A stretch of 64,000 nucleotides of DNA from Octopus sinensis (lineage: Eukaryota), in assembly GCF_006345805.1 (NCBI RefSeq), contig NC_043004.1, forward strand, positions 44,702,001 through 44,766,000. Direction: 5' to 3'. The notes below the pieces were generated by a model. It was not told the DNA's origin. It saw nothing but the letters and a program-made list of their open reading frames with translations, and searched no databases. The translations under genes and the position numbers were made by a program. Shown here piece by piece: positions 27,600 to 40,965 of this stretch. Every line of letters starts with the position of its first letter. Position 1 is the first letter of the stretch.

Positions 27600-29619
27600 A
27601 TATGTGAGTGTGTTTGTGTGTGTGTTTGTGTTTGTATCTATTTATCATTTTCTAAGCGAGCACTAACGTTTTAAAAGAATAGGTCGTAAATACACTAGTA
27701 GTGTTATTATTTCTAAATCTCTCAAAGGAGACATTCAGTAACAGTTCTTTGGACTAAAATAACCTTTAGTCTAGTAGTGTATTTTTCAGAAAATGCTGCT
27801 GCAATCCGCTGGATTACTAGAAATTCGATCAAACCCATATCAACTTTAGTGGTATGAAGAATGATGAAAGCAGGATCAACAACCACAAAAACAACGATAA
27901 TAATCGCAATATCAACATTCGCGTTTCAGAGTTTTTACGGGTTTTGTCAGATGAAAAATGACAGTACACATAAAATTTTGAAGCCATCTAGAATTGCTTG
28001 TTGTTGTTGTTCATCTTGCTGTTGTTGGCGTTGGTGGTGTTGGTGGTTATTTTGCCGTAACTGAACACTGTTTCAGTTGATCTCTTATCAACAGCATTCC
28101 AGCCGTGACTATCCCATTTTTTCCTTCTGTTCAGGGATTCTAGAAATGTTTAAATAAACATTGCCATTTTTCTAAAGCGGTGTGTGATTTAGCGAAAATC
28201 TGGTCACTGTTTCTAGCAGAAAAGAGGGTTCTTACAGAAGGTTCACAATGCTTGAGCAGGACAGAGGGGGTGAAATATAAGTACAAAAACAAGTAAACTG
28301 CCAGCCGTCACTTGTGAGTGAATATGGCCAGGTGAAATATACCTCGCTTTCGCTAATCTTTTTAGGTGTCGGGTTGCAGAAATAAACTTGGCCCTCGCCC
28401 TTTACCCAGCAAAAAAGATACAGGGTGTCACAGTAGTAGTGAGAGAGGCTTCCTGGTACACATCTACAGCTTAGTAAACCGGATCAGCAGGAAATGAAAG
28501 GCCTTCTGCTATTATACGGGGTATCGACCGAGCCGGGAATGGAACTTATAACCTTAGGATCATTAGTCGAACGCCCCTAATCACTTTGCCACATTTTTTT
28601 TTTTTTTCACTGCAGCAGGATAAAGATATTCTGAAACAAAGACCTGGACTCAATGACTGCACCAACTGTGGTAATGAAGATGACACTGTAATAATTGATC
28701 GAATTTTTTTGTTTTCTGCAGTTTGTAATTGTTTTCTCCGGATATTTTAAAATTTTTCTAGTTTTATTTTTGTTTCATTTGTTGTCGTTGTTGTTGTTGC
28801 TGGTTTTATTATTTTTTTTTTTTGCCTTTGTTTTTCTCTTTCTTTTCTCCTTTTTCTTTCCAACTCTGTGTTGCATACGATGCTAACAAGATTACGGTAT
28901 GAACAGTTTCTATCTGATTGCTTACTTCAAAGAAACCACTAATGACTAATGAATTTCCATACACACGAAAAAAAAAGAATAAATATATATATATAAATAA
29001 CAATGAGAGAAAGCAAAGGTAAAACGACGAAGAGAAGCAAATTAAAGACGGTACAATTCTTTACACAGTACTTGAAGATATACAGAACTGAAAAAAAAAA
29101 AAAAAAGGAATATTATTTTTTCTTTTTATATTCTATATTACATTTCCAGTTGTCACCCTGTACTTTCCTTCTTTTTGTTCTTCACACAATCTCTATTAAA
29201 ACATGTTCCAGTGGTAATAAATGTCAACAAGGGTTTGTTGCGATCAACCATGTCAGGTTTTATGTCACGCTCCGTTACGATCACGCTTTATTACGACATA
29301 TTACCGGCACGTACGCGCGCGTGCTCACACACATGCGTACAATCATTACTAGGTGACACTATGTTACAACACTATGTCAGCTCGTCATATCAATTTATGT
29401 CAAGGAATGTGTCATTCAGTTCGGTTATAGATTTATCCTCCTCCGCCTTACCATAAACGCGCAATCTCATATTAAGCTTTATTACGTCACAGCTTGCCAA
29501 TGAAATATTCATGTATTCTCTGCGTTTTAACATAGAAATCTGCATACACATTCTCAGACAGAGACACACTTATATGCAAGCGCGAACACATATACACGCA
29601 TCTATGTATATTCATAACT

Positions 29620-30240
29620 GTTTCTTTACTACTATCAAGGAGCTAAACACAGAGAGGACAAACAAGGACAGACAAGCGGATTAAGTCGTTTATATCGACT
29701 CCAGTGCGTAACTGGTACTTATTTAATCGACCTCGAATGGATAAAAGGCAAAGTCGACCTCGGCGGAATTTGAACTCAGAGCGTAACGGCAGACGAAATA
29801 TCTATTTCTTTACTACCCACAAGGGGCTAAACACAGAGAAGACAAACAAGGACAGACAAACGAATTAAGTGGATTACATCGACCCCAGTGCGTAACTGGT
29901 ACTTAATTTATCGACCCCGAAAGGATGAAAGGCAAAGTTGACTTTGGCGGAATTTGAGCTCAGAACGTAACGGCAGACGAAATACGGCTACGCATTTCGC
30001 CCGGCGTACTAAACTTTACTACCCACAAGGGACTAAACACAAAGAGGACAAACAAGGACAGACAAACGGATTAAGTCGATTATATCGACCCCAGTGCGTA
30101 ATTGGTAATTATTTAATCGACCTCGAAAGGATGAAAAGCAAAGTCGACCTCAGCGGAATTTGAACTCAGAACGTAGCAGCCGACGAAGTACCGCTAAGCA
30201 TTTCGTCCAGCCTGCTAACGAGTCTGCCAGCTGACCTCCT
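29620..30240 (-). mobile_element. Head-to-tail trimer of SINE family A
   Basis: Units at ~29620-29800, 29801-30010 and 30012-30240. Only the last retains most of the 5' head. Confidence 0.9.
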
Positions 30241-31369
30241 TATGTATATTCTGTATACATATTATGTATATTCTGCCAGCTGGCCGCATCTATGTATATT
30301 CATACCATCTTTATAAGTACACACGTACATACATGATGATGATGGTGGTTGTTGTGGTGGTGTTTTGTTGTTGTTGTTGTTGGTGGTGGTGGTTGTCGTG
30401 GTGTTGGTGGTGCTGATGGTGGTGGTGGTGGTGACAGTCTCCCGCAGTTCACGAAAGATGGTTCTGCAAATTCTTGCTGAAAAATTTCCACTAATTATTT
30501 GATCATAGTAACGAAGCGTTTGTGTCCTACATTAACTCAGTCCCGCCATCAAATCGACATAATCTGAACAAGTGCACCATGTATCACACGTCATGTGTAG
30601 AAGTGCTCGCAGTTCAATGTGAGATGAAGTGTTTTACTCAGGAACGCAAAGCACCCGGTTTAGGAATTGAAACATCGATCTCGAGATCCGTAAGTGCAAC
30701 AACTCTCTAATCACCAAGCCATGCGCCCTCAGTCTTACATACATACATATATACATACATACACATATACACGCATACACACATACATGCATACATACAT
30801 ACGCACATACACACATGCATACTTACATACATATATACATACATATATACATACATGCATGCATGCATACATACATACGTACATACATACATACATACAC
30901 ACATACACACATACATACATACATACATGCATACATACATACATACACACATACATACATACACACATACACACATACACACATACATACACATATACAT
31001 ATATACATACATACATACACACATACATACATACACACAAACACACGTACATACATACATACATACACACATGCATACATACACACATACACACATACAT
31101 ACATATATACATACATATACACACACATACACACATACATACACACATACATATATACATACATACATACACACATACGCACATACATACATACACACAT
31201 ACATACATATATACACACACATACATACATACATGCATACATACATGCATACATGCATACACACACACATACATACATACATACATACATACATACATAC
31301 ACACATGCACACATACATACATGCACACATGCACACATACATACATACATACATACATACATACATACA

Positions 31370-31400
<31 letters not shown>

Positions 31401-33139
31401 CTATATACATACATACATGCATATACAATTCTGTCTGATTAGTATCTCTACATTCTAACCGGATAGTGACGATTCTAGAATATACGCAACGGAGCAAAAA
31501 AACGTATTACTACCACAGTTTGAAAGTAATTATTACAACTTCTTCACTACCTATATCTGAAGAGAGTGGGTGGGGATAACCAGTCGCTCTTATGATAAAA
31601 GTTATTGATGATATCGGTGGAGACTGTATAAAAAATGAAAAGATATGTATTTGGATATTAATAACTCTCTGTATTTGACTTTTGTTCTGAAAGATCCGAG
31701 GGAGATATTTTCAAATTATACAACAATGAAACAACATTCTATAAGTAACTCAGGAAGGTAACAGTAGTGAATCTAGGAGTGGGGGACGTTCCTACCCGTT
31801 TGATGCTTTTATTAGAACAGTACTTTTAGGTCTGTGGTATATACCAGTATAGACTTGTAGAGGCCCAGTGGAGGAGGCAAACTCAAGAACTGCACTACAC
31901 GACACACCCTCTAGCAATTCCACTCGTAGGCCACGACTTTAGAAGTAAGTATAAAGAACCTACTCCACAAAACAGGGCAATTAAAATTTAAGAGGAATAA
32001 GTTCTCTGCCCACCAACAACAGCTACCCCAAGAAAATCTAAAAAAATAAAATATACAGTGAGTGTATATTAGATTTTGAGGGAATTCACCCGAAAATGTA
32101 AACTCAAGACTAAGAGTAAAATTATCCACTACCAAAAAAGGAATTACAACAATCCATTATGAACCACAAGCTGGCTTTAGGCCACAAGTTTAATATCGGA
32201 GGATGAACTGGGAAAATATGGCAGTGAAAAAGGAAGATATTAGAGTAAAGCTTTTATTCAGAAGACCACGTGGCTAGATACAATAAATAGAAAATACTGT
32301 ACCAACATCAATAGTTGATACAGTGAGTTTTTTTTACCGAAAGGATCAACACTGAAACTTTCGTCCAACTGTGGAAAAGCTACAAAATGAAAAGGCACTA
32401 CGAAGAGATCGCATAATTGGCTGCTGGTACAGGACGTTGACTTTTTATAGAAAGCCACTTAAGTATTTCAAAAGATTATGTACACATTCACATAGCTAAC
32501 GAGCTTGCCACAGAACAAGCAAATCTTGAAAGTGGCTTAAGATCAGTAGAGAAAACCTTCCAGTGCCGTATGTTATCCCTCAGACAACACATTCTAACAA
32601 TATGCTAAACAATAAATAGAACACCTAATTGTTCATAAATGAAGTGAATAATATCCTGCTAGTAGACAACAAACTCCTCGACAAATATTCATTTACTGGT
32701 CTCCCATACGAACCCGAAATTGCAAGTTTAGCAAATCCTAACATAGCCCTGGAAGAGAAACACTCTGCATACAACAAAAAGGTTATGCAGGACTATGTCT
32801 CTCAAACTTAAAAAAGTTATATTATTAACATGAAGTGTAGTTTCTCTCCTGGACTTGTGACCATTTACAACCTGTGACAATTCGAAGGTTATACTTTTAC
32901 AATCGAAGAAGGGAAGTTAGCTAAGAAGCATCTAATGAACAAGCAGGAGAGTAAAGCATTTCCACTCACGAGACGCAACTCCATAAACTGATTATGTCAC
33001 CCTTCTGTGGAGAACATGACACACGTCATCAGCAACTGGCTAAAACTATCATGGAGTTATCACTTACCATAGCAACGGGATGCTGTTGCTACAACCAATA
33101 TACAATGCATTCCGCAAGAAAGAGTGACCTGTGATAAAT

Positions 33140-33733
33140 AGGGGTCAGACGTTTCTAAGATGGCCGAAAAGATGTCGATATTGACGAACGTTCTAGGAGA
33201 CCCGCAGCTAGCAGAATTGAGAAAAACATCGCAGATGTGCGTGCAACTGTGAGGGGAAGTCGTTGAATCACGATCAGTAAGTTATCCGAGGATGTGCAGA
33301 TTGCTTACGGTTCAGTTCAGTCCATTATCACTGAAGATTTGGGTATGAGACACGTGTCTGCAAATTTGTGCCCAAACTGCTTTGAGATGACCAAAATGAC
33401 ATGCGGGTTTCAGTTGCACAAGATCTCTTTGATTGTATCGAGAACGATGAAAATTCTTTGGAAACTTTGCGTAGACCTCTGAGCAAGTACCGCCAGGCTT
33501 TTGGCAAAATGTGACGCAAATTCTCTGCTCAACTTTCTCTGTCATGGTCAATGAAACGATCACAAGTTACACACCTTTATTCCAAGCACTGCTGTAAACA
33601 ACGAAAGTGAGCTAAAACGTTAACACGTAGTGCGCATAAACACCCGAGTTCAAGGTTAATCTGTGCCAAGCAGTTTTACTCTGTGTTCTTTAACTTCGTT
33701 ATTATGGCAACAGTCCGGATACTTATTGATAAT
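33140..33733. mobile_element. Non-autonomous mariner relic with inverted N-terminal segment
   Basis: Plus strand 33140-33465 encodes DGRKDVDIDERSRRP...GSVQSIITEDLGMRHVSA. Minus strand 33470-33733 has TIR-like attatcaataagtatccggactg and MTEKVEQRICVTFCQK. Confidence 0.85.
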
Positions 33734-34082
33734 TTGGTGACGGAAAAGAACAATAATTTTTGGTCGTAGAGATTAGTTACCCTGTAGAGGTGGATATTTC
33801 TTCCAAAATAGCAGAAAGGAGAATATATATGGACGAATGCTTCAAAATTTAAATCCCAGTACCCTAATTTCAAAATTACATTTATACCAATAATCACTGA
33901 TGCACTTGGCTATATTAGTAGATGTTTGAGCAACAATCTGAAAAGGTTGCGATCTGGAGATCTCCCTCAATAAAATTATGCAAGGCATTGTAAACTTTCA
34001 ATAATGTAAAAATTACTGTTCTTATCCGATTTCCAGTGAAGGAACTCCTATTTCTCTATTTAAAATCAGTATCCTTCTTTAT

Positions 34083-34388
34083 GTGGAGGCGCAATGGCCT
34101 AGTGGTTAGGGCAGCGGACTTGCGGTCGGAGGATCGCGGTTTTGATTCCCAGACCGGGCGTTGTGTGTGTTTACTGAGCAAAAACACCTAAAGTTCCACG
34201 AGGCTCCGGCAGGGGTTGTGGTGACCCCTGTTGTACTCTTTCGCCACAACTTTCTCTCACTCTTTCTTCCTGTTTCTTGAGTAACGCTGCGATGGACTGG
34301 CGTCCCATCCAGCTGGGTGGGACACATGCGCTATAGAAACCGGGAAACTGGGCCCATGAGCCTGGCTAGGCTTGAAACGGGCGAAAAA
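34083..34388 (+). mobile_element. SINE family C, V-domain-like tail
   Basis: Family C head plus gctgcgatggactggcgtcccatccag. Flanks tccttctttat / tccttccttat. Confidence 0.9.
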
Positions 34389-34750
34389 AGTCCTTCCTTA
34401 TAGAAAGAATTCTAATAAGTTAAAAAAAAAGCAAACACACACACACACACACACACATACATATAGTCTGATAATGGTTTAGCTGCCTGAAGCTCCAAAG
34501 TCGCCGTCAATATTATTCTTGTCAAAGAATAACACATTTGTAACCTATCAAAAGTCTTCAGTAATTCTTCAGTTTAATGTAATACAGTTTTTATTATAAC
34601 ATAACAGAAATTAATATGTATGTATGCATGCACGTATGTATTCATGAAATTATTCAGTTCTGTTTCAGGGTTTTTTGCCAACAGAGAAAGAATCGTTTTC
34701 TAACCTATATCCAAGGCTTCTTCATTGGAATTTCAGCAACATCAACAGGG

Positions 34751-34784
<34 letters not shown>

Positions 34785-34801
34785 TGTATGTATGTATGTA
34801 T

Positions 34802-35285
34802 GTTAGTTAGTTAGTTAATTTGGCTCAAAAGCAAATAGCAAGGCCATGTAGGGGGACATGGAGTTAAGTACAGGGTGGTGTTCATGTAAAGAGTTCAGGC
34901 CACTTGAGGTCAAGGGAGACTTTGAACAAAGCGGTCGTCGGCATCTTCACCATCTCGTCTGGCAGCTTGTTCCACGGATCCGCAACCCGGACGGAGAAAG
35001 CTCCTCTCCTTCGATTGAGATGAAATCGTCGCAGGTAGAGCTTTTCGGAATGACCCCGCAGCCGACGCTCTGGAGCAGGAGTGAAGAACAGCTCTTTCGA
35101 GAGGTTACACTTTCCGCTTATGATGTTGTGGGCGAGAATGAGATCACCACGGCGGCGGCATTTTTCAAGAGAATAAAGGTCGAGCGTCCTTGGCCTTTCT
35201 TCGTAGGACAAATTTTTGAGACCATGAACCATGCGGGTAGCCAGCTTCTGGACTCTTTCGAGATGCTGTATGTCTTTGAGGAGAT
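34802..35285 (-). mobile_element. CR1 LINE 3' fragment with uninterrupted frame, inserted in a (TACA)n tract
   Basis: LERVQKLATRMV...SYEER...LYSLEKCRRRGDLI...LRGHSEKL...FSVRVADPWNKLP; (AACT)n tail. Confidence 0.95.
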
Positions 35286-35536
35286 GTATGTATGTATGTA
35301 TGTATGTATGCATGCATGCATGCTGATTTGCATGTTTTGTTTTATATTTGTATTCTCAGGCATATAGTTGAATGTAAAGACATGCTCATATATACTTAAA
35401 TTATAAACTTCTGGTAAGTTTTACAGATTTTTACAGTTTCAATGATGTCTTAGATGTGTAGTCTTCAAATCAGCTTTCTCCTTTCTGGTTTTAAGAAGCC
35501 TAATTTCTCAAGATTATTATTTAGGAAGTGTGATAG

Positions 35537-35568
<32 letters not shown>

Positions 35569-36106
35569 TGAATGTATATATGTATGTATGTGTGTGTATG
35601 TATGTATGCATGCATGTATGTATGTATGAATATATGTATGTATGAATGTATGTATGTATGTATATATATGTATGTATGTATGTATGTTACTGTAAGAACA
35701 CGAGTTTATATCATTTTTTTCTTTCATACGTTTCACCATTCTACTTGTTTGTAATTCAACTTTGGTTGTTTCCAGTATAATATTTTGGCTGAACGACAAC
35801 AAATCATTGGGGGAACACTTTATAGCATTATGTACAGTGAGTGAAGAAGCCACGGAAAGTGGGAAAAAAACAACGTTGTGGAAAGTCTTTCTGCGGGGTA
35901 AAAGTTGATAGGAGAGAGATTACAGACACAGGAAAAATTTACATCCAATATGTTAGAAAAAAATCAGGCTGGACCTGATCCGGAGCTGTAAAACCCGAGA
36001 GCTTTCTTGCCGACGCAGACCAGCGCCAGACTCTTGGGAGACTGTTTGATCGTATAGACTTACGTATACACACGGAGATACATACAGACATGTACATTGT
36101 TACATG

Positions 36107-36146
<40 letters not shown>

Positions 36147-36219
36147 CAAGCATATGTTATAAGTGTGTGTATATATATATATGTGTGTATATATATATAT
36201 GTATTTATGTATGTATAGC

Positions 36220-36268
<49 letters not shown>

Positions 36269-37084
36269 TTGTGTAGATGGATGGACTTTCAACTGACACA
36301 ATAACATCAAACTCAAAAATGTGTCTTACTGAAAATAAATATAGCAAAACAAAGAAATATTTCGTATGAAATAAAGAAGCTGATTGAAGAAAGAAAAGGA
36401 AATCTCAAATGATGGATTGAATGCATTAAATAGAGAAAGGAAAGGAAACTGAGGGGCCAAAGAAAAGCTGGAATAAAAGAGAGAGAAGTATGTATGTAAA
36501 AAATTAAGATGAACAGAGGAAAAACTGATAAAAGCAGAGTGACGCCATATTGTTGACTTCGTGGTGAGCCGTGTCAGAGGATGTAGAAGCAGGATACACG
36601 ATACGCACAAAAAACGTTAAAGGTCAACGGAGGCTGCTGAGAGGAGGAAACCTTGCTTTTCTATGTAAATACCAACCTTGATTCTACTGCTGCCATAATA
36701 CCATAAACAATTCAAGCTACTTCAAGTACAACTTTTCTCTCATTTCCCTCCGCCACCTCTCGGTTGCTGCTCTTTGTTTTCTTGGCGTTATGTTTTCTAT
36801 CTCTCTACTCTGTATGTCTTCTGTTTTTTATATACATTTTTATTATTACTTTATATATATATATATTTTTTTAATGGACAAATGCCATCTCAAGCAATCA
36901 AACGTGGTCTTTATATTAAATGCCGGATGATTCGAATTTGTCTTCACTTTCTCTCATTCTCACCTCTTCTCCCCTTCACTCCACTCCCGTCTCTCTCTCT
37001 CTCTCCCTCTCTCTCTCTATCTATCTCTCTCTCTTGTACATACTCCAACTACATATATATATGTATATCTCTTTTATCTCTTTC

Positions 37085-37819
37085 TCTTTTACTTGTTTCA
37101 GTCATTTGACTGCGGCCATGCTGGAGCACCGCCTTTAGTCGAGCATCTCAACCCCGGGACTTACTCTTTGTAAGCTCAGTACTTATTCTATCGGTCTGTT
37201 TTGCCAAACCGCTAAGTAACGGGGACATAAACACACCAGCATCGGTTGTCAAGCAATGCTAGGGGGACAAACACACACGCGCATATATATATATATATAT
37301 ATACATATATACGACGGGCTTCTTTCAGTTTCCGTCTACCAAATCCACTCACAAGGCATTGGTCGGCCCGGGGCTATAGTAGAAGACACTTGCACATATA
37401 TATATATTATTTTATTTTTATTCTCCTGTTTCAGTCATTTGACTGCGGCCATGCTGGAGTACCGCCTTAACGGCTTATATTCGAAGAAATCAACTCAGGA
37501 CTTATTCTTTGTAAGCCTAGTTCTTATTATATTGGCCTCTTTTCCTGAAGCGCCAAGTTACAGGGACATAAATACACCAACATTGGTTGCCAAGCGATGG
37601 TGGGGGACAAACACAGACACACAAACACACACACACACGCACACACACATATATTTGACGGGCTTCTTTCAGTTTCCGTCTACCAGATCTACTTACAAGG
37701 TTTTGGTCAGCCCTAGGCAATAGTAGAAGACACTTGCCTAATGTGCCACGCAGTGGGACTGTACTCGGAACCATGTAGTCCGTAAGCCAACTTCTTACCA
37801 CACAACCACTCCTGCGCCC

Positions 37820-37820
<1 letters not shown>
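37085..37820 (-). mobile_element. Two adjacent SINE family B copies
   Basis: Copies at ~37085-37392 (5'-truncated) and ~37420-37820. A 21-bp plus-strand tail piece lies at 37902-37922. Confidence 0.88.
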
Positions 37821-37902
<82 letters not shown>

Positions 37903-37919
37903 TCCAGCATGGCCGCAGT

Positions 37920-37965
<46 letters not shown>

Positions 37966-37974
37966 TATATATAT

Positions 37975-38090
37975 TCCTTCTCGTGTATGACCTTTCTGTC
38001 CGAGTCAGACACCACGATAGATCGTTAGCCACTTTGTACACCACCTGTCTTCGTCTTTTGTTTGGTTTTTTTTTTTCGTAAACTCTCCCT
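37975..38090 (+). mobile_element. Family E non-coding element, internally deleted (hammerhead part missing)
   Basis: gatagatcgttagccact is joined directly to ttgtacaccacctgtcttcgtctttt. Both parts flank the hammerhead-like motif in the copy at 51865-52050. Confidence 0.7.
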
Positions 38091-38949
38091 ATATATATAT
38101 ATATATATAACTTGCTTGTTAATAAATATTCAGTGTATGTTGCGTTCCATTACATAATAAATGAAAAAAATATATAAGCAAACGACATAGCGTATACTGA
38201 ATGTAGAAACGAACGGGAGACAAACAGAAAATCCATAATTTTTCATCGGTTATCCACCAATGGTACTGTTCAGTTTCGCGTTTTTAACGATAAGACTGCG
38301 TGCAGGTGTGTATGCAGACAGATGTGCTTATGTATAGCATGTTTGATAAATAATGTCGAAAGTATCGAAATGTGTAACATTAGGTACTAACCTGTAGTTA
38401 GTATCCCTTTTCCAATAATGTTTTAGTAACATACAAATTCAAATAGAAAATAACCGCACGCGTTATTAACTACTCAGCTATTTAAAACAAGCAGTATTAT
38501 GTTTCCCGAACTATTTTTATTCATTTTGAAATCTAATTTAGCAGGTCAGTTCCTTCAAGTTGTTTAACAAGCCCTTCTTTGCCAACCATATATGTAGAAA
38601 TTTGTTTGAAGCAGCCTGAAAATAGCGTACAGTTACAACAGAAACGTGTGTGTGAAAACATTACACACACATTCTAGCAAAATCAATGCCCTGTGTTCAT
38701 ATCCACCTCTACAGGGTAACTAATATCTACGACCAAACATTATTGTTCTTTTCCGTCACCAGATTATCAATAAGTATCCGGACTGTATAAATACATGTGT
38801 CGTAAGTAAATCTTGCAATGCCGAATCGACAATTTATGAACCGGAGGTCGTCCCTTTTGATCGAATTTAAAAAGAGGAAGTAGACTTTGTGAAGGCGTGA
38901 TAAAACTAGCGATTTTATGATCGAACATCTACTTTTGAAAAAGGTGTAC

Positions 38950-39040
38950 TGACGCCATTTTGGAAGTCTTCAGCGCGCATGTGCAGAGTTGGATTTCTTC
39001 CGGGAGGCTGCCGGAAGTTCCCTCATGCGCATGCGATCTC
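38950..39040. promoter_or_regulatory. GC-richer island with clustered YY1-, NRF1- and ETS-like motifs
   Basis: gacgccattttg, gcgcgcatgtgca, ttccgg/ccggaagt and tgcgcatgcg within ~90 bp. No transcript evidence. Confidence 0.35.
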
Positions 39041-39244
39041 TCTTGAAGCGGACACCGAATTGAACAGACGGGTTCTCAGATCTCTCCTCAAGCTGTAACC
39101 GCGTGGCGAAGCCACACTATGCTGGAATGAAACAGGATTTGGTTCACGCTATTTAACCACAGCGACTAGCTCTCGTGGCTACCGGTTCGCCCTGAAGGAA
39201 AAATATATGTATAAATTCCTTTAAAACCCACAGAAGACCTCCAG

Positions 39245-39665
39245 GTGTAGGAGTGGCTGTGTGGTAAGTAGCTTGCTTACGAACCACATGGTTCCGGGTT
39301 CAGTCCCACTGCGTGGCACCGTGGGCAAGTGTCTTCTACTATAGCCTCGGGTCGACCAAAGCCTTGTGAGTGGGTTTGGTAGACGAAACCTGAAAGAAGT
39401 CCGTCGTATGTATATATATATATATATATATGAATATGTGTGCGTGTATATGTTTATGTGTCTGTGTTTGTCCCCCTAGCATTGCTTGACAACCGATGCT
39501 GATGTGTTTACGTCCCCGTAACTTAGAGATTCGGCAAAAGAGATCCGAATAAGTACTGGGCTTACAAAGAATAAGTCCCGGGGTCGAGTTACTCGATTAA
39601 AGGCGGTGCTCCAGCATGGCCGCAGTCAAATGACTGAAACAAGTAAAAGAGTAAAGAGTAGAGTA
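39245..39665 (+). mobile_element. SINE family B, full length
   Basis: Collinear family match. Confidence 0.9.
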
Positions 39666-40096
39666 TATTATTGCGAATCCAGAAAAAATAAATACTATTT
39701 ATGCTGTTGAAGATATTCGAAGTCTTGGTTTTCCTTCGACAAAATAATTTAATGTAACGGGATGAGACCCTGGACGTCTCAAGTGTTGCAGATCTTTCAT
39801 CCTGTTACAAAGGGAAGAAAGCAACACATCGAAATTAACAATTATAAGAGTTCATGATAGAGTATTACATGCGAAATCAACAAAATACTTAAACTCATCA
39901 AAAATCAAAGCAAATGTTATGATCCGTGCATAACAAGAAAAAATTCCTTTAAAACCTACAGAAGACCTCCAGGTAAAATCAGATAAGAGATATTTTGAAA
40001 ATGTAAATACTTCAAATAGCAATTCTTACGGCACTTGGAAATACTACGTTTGCCGGTTTATAACATTGCAATTCACTGACATTTGAAATTGAATTA

Positions 40097-40497
40097 CAGG
40101 CGCACGAGTGCCTGTGTGGTAAGTAGCTTGTTTACCAACCACATGGTTCCGGGTTCAGTCCCACTGCGTGGCACCTTGGAAAAGTGTCTTCTACTATAGC
40201 CTCGGGCCGACCAAAGCCTTGTGAGTGGATATGGTAGACGGAAACTGAAAGAAGCCCGTCGTATATATGTCTATGTATATGTGTGTGTGTGCGTTTGTGT
40301 GTCTGTGTTTGTCCCCCTAGCATTGCTTGACAACCGATGCTGGTGTGTTTATGCCCCCGTTACTTAGAGATTCGGCAAAAGAGATCCGAATAAGAACTAG
40401 GCTTACAAAAGAATAAGTCCCGGGGTCGATTTGCTCGATTAAAGGCGGTGCTCCAGCATGGCCGCAGTCAAATGACTGAAACAAGTAAAAGAGTAAG
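40097..40497 (+). mobile_element. SINE family B, full length
   Basis: Collinear family match; shares private variants with the copy at 39245. Confidence 0.9.
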
Positions 40498-40731
40498 CCT
40501 TTCATCATCAGCACTCTATTCTCACGTCCCTCTTCTGTATTCCTTCTATTATTTATTTATTTCACCAACCTTGTTGTTTCATTTTATTTTTTTCTTCTAC
40601 AATTTATGATGTGGCAATCCCACATTATCGCATTTAACTTATTGGTTCTTCGATTTACAACAAAAAGTAAGTATCGTTTATCAGAGACAGCTAAAAGGAA
40701 TAACTAACATATACTATTTAGGAATTATTCA

Positions 40732-40965
40732 AAGGTGGCGAGCTGGCAGAAACGTTAGCAAGCCGGGCGAAATGCTTAGTGGTATTTCGTCTGCCGCTGC
40801 GCTCTGAGTTCAAATTCCGCCGAGGTCGACTTTGCCTTTCATCATTTCGAGGTCGATTAAATAATTACCAGTTACGCACTGGGGTCGGTATAATCGACTT
40901 AATCCGTTTATCCGTCCTTGTTTGTCCTTTCTGTGTTTAGCCCCTTGTGGGTAGTAAAGAAATAG
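40732..40965 (+). mobile_element. SINE family A, full length
   Basis: aaggtggcgagctggcagaaacgttagc...gagttcaaattcc...gccccttgtgggtagtaaagaaatag. Confidence 0.9.

Noticed and set aside
34625-34750. Minus-strand ATGAAGA-agcc...ggtt-a-GAAAACGATTC
   Set aside because: Hammerhead-like spacing, but C3 is missing and stems I and III are broken.
35960-36060. GC-richer patch resembling an exon
   Set aside because: Stops in all plus frames, no convincing splice sites, no recognisable peptide.
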